Shown piece by piece: positions 37,101 to 47,219 of a stretch of DNA of 64,000 nt (its first letter is position 1; every line of letters begins with the position of its first letter). Source of the DNA: Eledone cirrhosa (lineage: Eukaryota); assembly GCA_964016885.1 (NCBI GenBank), contig OZ024743.1:82150001-82214000 (forward strand), written 5' to 3'. The notes beneath the pieces are model-generated. The model had not been told where the DNA came from and did no database searches. It saw nothing but the letters and a program-made list of their open reading frames with translations. The position numbers and the translations under genes were made by a program.

Positions 37101-40100
37101 TGCTGTAGTGGTCCTGGGTCAGGTTGGGTTACTGGAGTTATAATGTTGTAGTGGTCCTGGGTCAGGTTAGGTTACTGGAGTTCTAGTGCTGTAGTGGTCC
37201 TGGGTCAGGTTGGGTTACTGGAGTTATAGTGCTGTAGTGGTCCTGGGTCAGGTTAGGTTAATAGAGTTATAGTGCTGTAGTCGTCCTGGGTCAGGTTAGG
37301 TTACTGGAGTTCTAGTGTTGTAGTGGTCCTGGGTCAGGTTGGGTTACTGGAGTTATAGTGTTGTAGTGGTCCTGGGTCAGGTTGGGTTACTGGAGCTATA
37401 GTGCTGTAGTGGTCCTGGGTCAGGTCGGGTTACTGGAGTTCTAGTGCTGCAGTGGTCCTGGGTCAGGTTAGGTTACTAGAGTTCTAGTGCTGTAGTGGTC
37501 CTGGGTCAGGTTAGGTTACTGGAGTTCTAGTGTTGTAGTGGTCCTGGGTCAGGTTAGGTTACTGGAGTTATAGTGTTGTAGTGGTCCTGGGTCAGGTCGG
37601 GTTACTGGAGTTCTAGTGTTGTAGTGGTCCTGGGTAAGGTTGGGTTACTGGAGTTCTAGTGTTGTAGTGGTCCTGGGTCAGGTTGGGTTACTGGAGTTAT
37701 AGTGTTGTAGTGGTCCTGGGTCAGGTTGGGTTACTGGAGTTATAGTGCTGTAGTGGTCCTGGGTCAGGTTAGGTTACTGGAGTTATAGTGTTGTAGTGGT
37801 CCTGGGTCAGGTCGGGTTACTGGAGTTCTAGTGCTGTAGTGGTCCTGGGTCAGGTTAGGTTACTAGAGTTCTAGTGCTGTAGTGGTCCTGGGTCAGGTTA
37901 GGTTACTGGAGTTCTAGTGTTGTAGTGGTCCTGGGTCAGGTTAGGTTACTGGAGTTCTAGTGCTGTAGTGGTCCTGGGTCAGGTTGGGTTACTGGAGTTA
38001 TAGTGTTGTAGTGGTCCTGGGTCAGGTTGGGTTACTGGAGTTCTAGTGCTGTAGCGGTCCTGGGTCAGGTTGGGTTACTGGAGGTCTAGTGTTGTAGTGG
38101 TCCTGGGTCAGGTTGGGTTACTGGGGTTCTAGTGTTTATGTGGTCCTGGGTCAGGTTGGGATACTGGAATTCTAGTGTTGTAGTGGTCCTGGGTCAGGTT
38201 GGGTCACTGGAGTTATAGTGCTCTAGTGGTCCTGGGTCAGGTTGGGTTACTGGAATTATCGTGCTGTAGTGGTCCTGGGTCAGGTCGGGTTACTGGAGTT
38301 CTAGTGCTGTAGTGGTCCTTGGTCAGGTTGGGTTACTGGAGTTATAGTGTTGTAGTGGTCCTGGGTCAGGTCGGGTTACTGGAGTTCTAGTGCTGTAGTG
38401 GTCCTGGGTCAGGTTAGGTTACAAGAGTTCTAGTGCTGTAGTCGTCCTGGGTCAGGTCGGGTTACTGGAGTTCTAGTGTTGTAGTGGTCCTGGGTCAGGT
38501 TGGGTTACTGGAGTTCTAGTGCTGTAGTGGTCCTGGGTCAGGTTGGGTTACTGGAGTTATAGTGTTGTAGTGGTCCTGGGTCAGGTCGGGTTACTGGAGT
38601 TATAGTGCTGTAGTGGTCCTGGGTCAGGTCGGGTTACTGGAGTTCTAGTGCTGTAGTGGTCCTGGGTCAGGTTGGGTTACTAGAGTTATAGTGTTGTAGT
38701 GGTCCTGGGTCAGGTCGGGTTACTGGAGTTCTAGTGCTGTAGTGGTCCTGGGTCAGGTTAGGTTACTAGAATTCTAGTGCTGTAGTGGTCCTGGGTCAGG
38801 TTAGGTTACTGGAGTTCTAGTGTTGTAGTGGTCCTGGGTCAGGTTGGGTTACTGGAGTTATAGTGTTGTAGTGGTCCTGGGTCAGGTTGGGTTACTAGAG
38901 CTATAGTGCTGTAGTGGTCCTGGGTCAGGTCGGGTTACTGGAGTTCTAGTGCTGCAGTGGTCCTGGGTCAGGTTAGGTTACTAGAGTTCTAGTGCTGTAG
39001 TGGTCCTGGGTCAGGTTAGGTTACTGGAGTTCTAGTGTTGTAGTGGTCCTGGGTCAGGTTAGGTTACTGGAGTTATAGTGTTGTAGTGGTCCTGGGTCAG
39101 GTCGGGTTACTGGAGTTCTAGTGTTGTAGTGGTCCTGGGTAAGGTTGGGTTACTGGAGTTCTAGTGTTGTAGTGGTCCTGGGTCAGGTTGGGTTACTGGA
39201 GTTATAGTGTTGTAGTGGTCCTGGGTCAGGTTGGGTTACTGGAGTTATAGTGCTGTAGTGGTCCTGGGTCAGGTTAGGTTACTGGAGTTATAGTGTTGTA
39301 GTGGTCCTGGGTCAGGTCGGGTTACTGGAGTTCTAGTGCTGTAGTGGTCCTGGGTCAGGTTAGGTTACTAGAGTTCTAGTGCTGTAGTGGTCCTGGGTCA
39401 GGTTAGGTTACTGGAGTTCTAGTGTTGTAGTGGTCCTGGGTCAGGTTAGGTTACTGGAGTTCTAGTGCTGTAGTGGTCCTGGGTCAGGTTGGGTTACTGG
39501 AGTTATAGTGTTGTAGTGGTCCTGGGTCAGGTTGGGTTACTGGAGTTCTAGTGCTGTAGCGGTCCTGGGTCAGGTTGGGTTACTGGAGTTCTAGTGTTGT
39601 AGTGGTCCTGGGTCAGGTTGGGTTACTGGGGTTCTAGTGTTTATGTGGTCCTGGGTCAGGTTGGGATACTGGAATTCTAGTGTTGTAGTGGTCCTGGGTC
39701 AGGTTGGGTCACTGGAGTTATAGTGCTCTAGTGGTCCTGGGTCAGGTTGGGTTACTGGAATTATCGTGCTGTAGTGGTCCTGGGTCAGGTCGGGTTACTG
39801 GAGTTCTAGTGCTGTAGTGGTCCTGGGTCAGGTTGGGTTACTGGAGTTATTGTGTTGTAGTGGTCCTGGGTCAGGTCGGGTTACTGGAGTTCTAGTGCTG
39901 TAGTGGTCCTGGGTCAGGTTAGGTTACAAGAGTTCTAGTGCTGTAGTGGTCCTGGGTCAGGTCGGGTTACTGGAGTTCTAGTGTTGTAGTGGTCCTGGTT
40001 CAGGTTGGGTTACTGGAGTTCTAGTGCTGTAGTGGTCCTGGGTCAGGTCGGGTTACTGGAGTTATAGTGCTGTAGTGGTCCTGGGTCAGGTCGGGTTACT

Positions 40101-40700
40101 GGAGTTCTAGTGCTGTAGTGGTCCTGGGTCAGGTTGGGTTACTAGAGTTATAGTGTTGTAGTGGTCCTGGGTCAGGTCGGGTTACTGCAGTTCTAGTGCT
40201 GTAGTGGTCCTGGGTCAGGTTAGGTTAATAGAGTTATAGTGCTGTAGTGGTCCTGGGTCAGGTTAGGTTAATAGAGTTATAGTGCTGTAGTGGTCCTGGG
40301 TCAGGTTAGGTTACTGGAGTTCTAGTGTTGTAGTGGTCCTGGGTCAGGTTAGGTTACTGGAGTTATAGTGTTGTAGTGGTCCTGGGTCAGGTTGGGTTAC
40401 TGGAGTTATAGTGCTGTAGTGGTCCTGGGTCAGGTTAGGTTAATAGAGTTATAGTGCTGTAGTGGTCCTGGGTCAGGTTGGGTTACTGGAGTTATAATGT
40501 TGTAGTGGTCCTGGGTCAGGTTAGGTTACTGGAGTTCTAGTGCTGTAGTGGTCCTGGGTCAGGTTGGGTTACTGGAGTTATAGTGCTGTAGTGGTCCTGG
40601 GTCAGGTTAGGTTAATAGAGTTATAGTGCTGTAGTGGTCCTGGGTCAGGTTAGGTTACTGGAGTTCTAGTGCTGTAGTGGTCTTGGGTCAGGTTGGGTTA
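34200..40700 (+). repeat. Patchwork of repeated blocks with 35-78 monomer offsets
   Basis: TTAATAGAG clusters start at 34463, 36871 (+56 units) and 40225 (+78 units). The TTTATGTGG...GGGATACTGGAATTC...GGGTCAC block is at 36372, 38135 (+41 units) and 39640 (+35 units). Confidence 0.85.
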
Positions 40701-43700
40701 CTGGAGTTACAGTGTTGTAGTGGTCCTGGGTCAGGTTGGGTTACTGGAGTTAGAGTGCTGTAGTGTTCCTGGGTCAGGTCGGGTTACTGGAGTTCTAGTG
40801 CTGTAGTGGTCCTGGGTCAGGTTGGGTTACTGGAGTTATAGTGTTGTAGTGGTCATGGGTCAGGTTAGGTTACTGGAGTTCTAGTGCTGTAGTGGTCCTG
40901 GGTCAGGTTAGGTTACTAGAATTCTATAGCTGTAGTGGTCCTGGGTCAGGTTAGGTTACTGGAGTTCTAGTGCTGTAGTGGTCCTGGGTCAGGTTGGGTT
41001 ACTGGAGTTATAGTGCTGTAGTGGTCCTGGGTCAGGTTAGGTTACTGGAGTTCTAGTGCTGTAGTGGTCCTGGGTCAGGTTGGGTTACTGGAGCTATAGT
41101 GCTGTAGTGGTCTTGGGTCAGGTCGGGTTACTGGAGTTCTAGTGCTGCAGTGGTCCTGGGTCAGGTTAGGTTACTAGAGTTCTAGTGCTGTAGTGGTCCT
41201 GGGTCAGGTTAGGTTACTGGAGTTCTAGTGTTGTAGTGGTCCTGGGTCAGGTTAGGTTACTGGAGTTATAGTGTTGTAGTGGTCCTGGGTCAGGTCGGGT
41301 TACTGGAGTTCTAGTGTTGTAGTGGTCCTGGGTCAGGTTAGGTTACTGGAGTTCTAGTGTTGTAGTGGTCCTGGGTCAGGTTATGTTACTGGAGTTCTAG
41401 TGCTGTAGTGGTCCTGGGTCAGGTTAGGTTACTGGAGTTCTAGTGTTGTAGTGGTCCTGGGTCAGGTTCGGTTACTGGAGTTCTAGTGCTGTAGTGGTCC
41501 TGGGTCAGGTTGGGTTCCTGGAGTTATAGTGTTGTAGTGGTCCTGGGTCAGGTTGGGTTACTGGAGTACTAGTGCTGTAGCGGTCCTGGGTCAGGTTGGG
41601 TTACTGGAGTTCTAGTGTTGTAGTGGTCCTGGGTCAGGTTGGGTTACTGGGGTTCTAGTGTCGTAGTGGTCCTGGGTCAGGTTGGGATACTGGAGTTCTA
41701 GTGTTGTAGTGGTCCTGGGTCAGGTTGGGTCACTGGAGTTCTAGTGCTGTAATGGTCCTGGGTCAGGTTAGGTTACTGGAGTTCTAGTGTTGTAGTGGTC
41801 CTGGGTCATGTTGGGTTACTGGAGTTCTAGTGCTGTAGTGGTCCTGGGTCAGGTTGGGTTACTGGAGTTCTAGTGCTGTAATGGTCCTGGGTCAGGTTAG
41901 GTTACTGGAGTTCTAGTGTTGTAGTGGTCCTGGGTCATGTTGGGTTACTGGAGTTCTAGTGCTGTAGTGGTCCTGGGTCAGGTTGGGTTACTGGAGTTCT
42001 AGTGCTGTAGTGGTCCTGGGTCAGGTTGGGTTACTGGAGTTCTAGTGTTGTAGTGGTCCTGGGTCAGGTTGGGTTACTGGAGTTCTAGTGTTGTAGAGGT
42101 TCTGGGTCAGGTTGGGCTACTGGAGTTCTAGTGTTGTAGTGGTCCTGGGTCAGGTTGGGTTACTGGAGTTCTAGTGTTATAGTGGTCCTGGGTCAGGTTG
42201 GGTTACTGGAGTTCTAGTGTTGTAGTGGCCCCGGGTCAGGTTAGGTTACCGTGTTCTAGAGCTATAGTGACCCTGGGTCAGGTTAGGTTACTGGAGTTCT
42301 AGTGTTGTAGTGGTCCTGGGTAAGGTTGAGTTACTGGAGTTATAGCGCTGTAGTGGTCCTGGGTCAGGTTAGGTTACTGGAGTTCTAGTGTTGTGGTGGT
42401 CCTGGGTCAGGTTAGGTTACTGGAGTTATAGTGTTGTAGTGGTCCTGGGTCAGGTTAGGTTACTAGAGTTCTAGTGTTGTAGTGGTCCTGGGTCAGGTTA
42501 GGTTACTGGAGTTCTAGTGTTGTAGTGGCCCTGGCTCAGGTTAGGTTACTGGTGTTCTAGAGCTATAGTGACCCTGGGTCAGGTTAGGTTACTGGAGTTC
42601 TAGTGTTGTAGTAGTCCTGGGTAAGGTTGAGTTACTAGATTTATAGTGCTGTGGTCCTGGGTCAGGTTGGGTTACTGGAGTTCTAGTGTTGTAGTAGTCC
42701 TAGGTCAGGTTAGGTTACTGGAGTTCTAGTGTTGTAGTGGTCCTGGGTCAGGTTGGGTTACTGGAGTTCTAGTGTTGTAGTGGTCCTGGGTCAGGTTGGG
42801 TTCCTGGAGTTCTAGTGTTGTAGTGGTCCTGGGTCAGGTTGGGTTACTGGAGTTCTAGTGTTGTAGTGGTCCTGGGTCAGGTTGGGTTACTGGAGTTCTA
42901 GTGTTGTAGTGGTCCTGGGTCAGGTTGGGTTCCTGGAGTTCTAGTGTGGAGTGGTCCTGGGTCAGATCGGGTTACTGGAGTTCTAGTGCTGTAGTGGTCC
43001 TGGGTCAGGTTAGGTTACTAGAGTTCTAGTGCTGTAGTGGTCCTGGATCAGGTTAGGTTACTGGAGTTCTAGTGCTGTAGTTGTCCTGGGTCAGGTTGGG
43101 TTACTGGAGTTATAGTGTTGTAGTGGTCCTGGGTCAGGTTGGGTTACTGGAGTTCTAGTGTTGTAGTGGTCCTGGGTCAGGTTGGGTTACTGGAGTTATA
43201 GTGTTGTAGTGGTCCTGGGTCAGGTTGGGTTACTGGAGTTATAGTGCTGTAGTGGTCCTGGGTCAGGTTAGGTTATTAGAGTTCTAGTGCTGTAGTGCTC
43301 CTGGGTCAGGTTGGGTTACTGGAGTTATAGTGTTGTAGTGGTCCTGGGTCAGGTTGGGTTACTGGAGTTATAGTGTTGTAGTGGTCCTGGGTAAGGTTGG
43401 GTTACTGGAGTTCTAGTGTTGTAGTGGTCCTGGGTCAGGTTGGGTTACTGGAGTTATAGTGTTGTAGTGGTCCTGGGTCAGGTTGCGTTCCTGGAGTTAT
43501 AGTGCCGTAGTGGTCCTGGGTCAGGTTAGGTTACTGGATTTATAGTGTTGTAGTGGTCCTGGGTCAGGTCGTGTTACTGGAGTTCTAGTGCTGTAGTGGT
43601 CCTGTGTCAGGTTAGGTTACTGGAGTTCTAGTGTTGTAGTGGTCCTGGGTCAGGTTAGGTTACTGGAGTTATAGTGTTGTAGTGGTCCTGGGTCAGGTTA

Positions 43701-44949
43701 TGTTACTAGAGTTCTAGTGTTGTAGCGGTCCTGGGTCAGGTTAGGTTACTGGAGTTCTAGTGTTGTAGTGGTCCTGGGTCAGGTTGGGTTACTGGAGGTC
43801 TAGTGTTGTAGTGGTCCTGGGTCAGGTTGGGTTCCTGGAGTTCTAGTGTTCTATTGCTCCTGGGTCAGGTCGGGTTACTGGAGTTCTAGTGTTGTAGTGG
43901 TCCTGGGTCAGGTTGGGTTACTGGAGTTATAGTACTGTAGTGGTCCTGGGTCAGGTTGGGTTACTGGAGTTCTAGTGTTGTAGTGGTCCTGGGTCAGGTC
44001 GGGTTACTGGAGTTCTAGTGTTGTAGTGGTCCTGGGTCAGGTTGGGTTACTGGAGTTCTAGTGTTGTAGTGGTCCTGGGTCAGGTTGGGTTACTGGAGTT
44101 CTAGTGTTGTAGTGGTCCTGGGTCAGGTTGGGTTACTGGAGTTATAGTGCTGTAGTGGTCCTGGGTCAGGTTGGGTTACTGGAGTTCTAGTGTTGTAGTG
44201 GTCCTGGGTCAGGTCGGGTTACTAGAGGTCTAGTGTTGTAGTGGTCCTGGATCAGGTTGGGTTACTGGAGTTCTAGTGTTGTAGTGGTCCTGGGTCAGGT
44301 TGGGTTACTGGAGTTCTAGTGTTGTAGTGGTCCTGGGTCAGGTTGGGTTACTGGAGTTCTAGTGTTGTATTGGTCCTGGGTCAGGTCGGGTTACTGGAGT
44401 TCTAGTTTTGTAGTGGTCCTGGGTCTGGTTGGGTTACTGGAGTTCTAGTGTTGTATTGGTCCTGGGTCAGGTCGGGTTACTGGAGTTCTAGTGTTGTAGT
44501 GGTCCTGGGTCAGGTTCGGTTACTGGAGTTATAGTGCTGTTGTGGTCCTGGGTCAGTTTGGGTTACTGGAGTTCTAGTGTTGTAGTGGTCCTGGGTCAGG
44601 TCGGGTTACTGGAGTTCTAGTGTTGTAGTGGTCCTGGGTCAGGTTGGGTTACTGGAGTTATAGTACTGTAGTGGTCCTGGGTCAGGTTGGGTTACTGGAG
44701 TTCTAGTGTTGTAGTGCTCCTGGGTCAGGGCGGGTTACAGGAGTTCTAGTGCTGTAGTGGTCCTGGGTCAGCTTGGGTTACTGGAGTTATAGTGCTATAG
44801 TGGTCCTGGGTCAGGTTGGTTTACTGGAGTTCTAGTGTTGTAGTGGCCCTGGATCAGGTTATGTTACTGGAGTTATAGTGCTGTAGTGGTCCTGGGTCAG
44901 GTTAGGTTATTAGAGTTCTAGTGCTGTAGTGCTCCTGGGTCAGGTTGGG

Positions 44950-47200
44950 TTACTGGAGTTATAGTACTGTAGTGGTCCTGGCTCAGGTTGGGTTACTGGA
45001 GTTCTAGTGTTGTAGTGGTCCTGGGTCAGGTCGGGTTACAGGAGTTCTAGTGTTGTAGTGGTCCTGGGTCAGGTTGGGTTACTGGAGTTATAGTGCTGTA
45101 GTGGTCCTGGGTCAGGTTGGGTTACTGGAGTTCTAGTGTTGTAGTGGCCCTGGATCAGGTTATGTTACTGGGGTTCTAGTGTTGTAGTGGTCCTGGGTGA
45201 AGTTGGGTTACTGGTGTTATAGTGATGTAGTGGTCCTGGGTCAGGTTGGATTACTGGAATTCTAGTGCTGTAGTGGTCCTGGGTCAGGTTAGGTTACTGG
45301 AGTACTAGTGTTGCAGTGGTCCTGGGTCAGATTAGGTTACTAGAGTTATAGTGCTGCAGTGGTCCTGTGTCAGGTTAGGTTACTGGAGTTCTAGTGCTGT
45401 AGTGGTCCTGGGTCAGGTTAGGTTACTGGAGTTATAGTGTTGTAGTGGTCCTGGGTCAGGTTAGGTAACTAGAGTTCTAGTGTTGTAGTGGTCCTGGGTC
45501 AGGTTAGGTTACTGGAGTTCTAGTGTTGTAGTGTTCCTGGGTCAGGTCGGGTTACTGGAGTTCTAGTGCTGTAGTGGTCCTGGTTCAGGTTAGGTTACTG
45601 GAGTTCTAGTGCTGTAGTGGTCCTGGGTCAGGTTAGGTTACTAGAGTTATAGTGTTGTAGTGGTCCTGGGTCAGGTTAGGTTACTGGAGTTCTAGTGTTG
45701 TAGTGGTCCTGGGTCAGGTTAGAGTACTAGAGTTATAGTGTTGTAGTGGTCCTGGGTCAGGTTAGGTTACTGAAGTTATAGTGCTGTAGTGGCCCTGGCT
45801 CAGGTTAAGTTACTGGTGTTCTAGAGCTATAGTGACCCTGGGTCAGGTTAGGTTACTGGAGTTCTAGTGCTGTATTGGTCCTTGGTCAGGTTAGGTTACT
45901 GGAGTTATAGTGTTGTAGTGGTCGTGGATCAGGTTGGGTTACTGGAGTTCTAGTGTTGTAGTGGTCCTGGGTCAGGTTGGGTTACTGGAGTTCTAGTGTT
46001 GTAGTGGTCCTGGGTCAGGTTGGGTTACTGGAGTTCTAGTGTTGTAGTGGTCCTGGGTCAGGTTGGGTTACTGGAGTTATAGTGCTGTAGTGGTCCTGGG
46101 TCAGGTTGGGTTACTGGAGTTCTAGTGTTGTAGTGGTCCTGGGTCAGGTCGGGTTACTGGAGTTCTAGTGTTGTAGTGGTCCTGGGTCAGGTTGGGTTAC
46201 TGGAGTTCTAGTGTTGTAGTGGTCCTGGGTGAGGTTGGGTTACTGGAGTTCTAGTTTTGTAGTAGTCCTGGGTCAGGTTGGGTTACTGGAGTTCTAGTGT
46301 TGTATTGGTCCTGGGTCAGGTCGGGTTACTGGAGTTCTAGTGTTGTAGTGGTCCTGGGTCAGTTTGGGTTACTGGAGTTACAGTGCTGTAGTGGACCTGG
46401 GTCAGGTTGGGTTACTGGAGTTCTAGTGTTGTAGTGGTCCTGGGTCAGGTCGGGTTACTGGAGTTCAAGTGTTGTAGTGGTCCTGGGTCAGGTTGGGTTA
46501 CTGGAGTTATAGTACTGTAGTGGTCCTGGCTCAGGTTGGGTTACTGGAGTTCTAGTGTTGTAGTGGTCCTGGGTCAGGTCGGGTTACAGGAGTTCTAGTG
46601 TTGTAGTGGTCCTGGGTCAGGTTGGGTTACTGGAGTTATAGTGCTGTAGTGGTCCTGGGTCAGGTTGGGTTACTGGAGTTCTAGTGTTGTAGTGGCCCTG
46701 GATCAGGTTATGTTACTGGGGTTCTAGTGTTGTAGTGGTCCTGGGTGAAGTTGGGTTACTGGTGTTATAGTGATGTAGTGGTCCTGGGTCAGGTTGGATT
46801 ACTGGAATTCTAGTGCTGTAGTGGTCCTGGGTCAGGTTAGGTTACTGGAGTTCTAGTGTTGCAGTGGTCCTGGGTCAGGTTAGGTTACTAGAGTTATAGT
46901 GCTGCAGTGGTCCTGGGTCAGGTTAGGTTACTGGAGTTCTAGTGCTGTAGTGGTCCTGGGTCAGGTTAGGTTACTGGAGTTATAGTGTTGTAGTGGTCCT
47001 GGGTCAGGTTAGGTTACTAGCGTTCTAGTGTTGTAGTGGTCCTGGGTCAGGTTAGGTTACTGGAGTTCTAGTGTTGTAGTGTTCCTGGGTCAGGTCGGGT
47101 TACTGGAGTTCTAGTGCTGTAGTGGTCCTGGTTCAGGTTAGGTTACTGGAGTTCTAGTGCTGTAGTGGTCCTGGGTCAGGTTAGGTTACTGGAGTTCTAG
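44950..47200 (+). repeat. Duplication of a ~0.7-kb block at 36-monomer offset
   Basis: GGCCCTGGATCAGGTTATG...GGGTGAAGTTGGG...GTGATGTAG occurs twice; TGAAG is at 45198 and 46746 (1548 = 36x43). Confidence 0.82.
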
Positions 47201-47219
47201 TGCTGTAGTGGTCCTGGGT

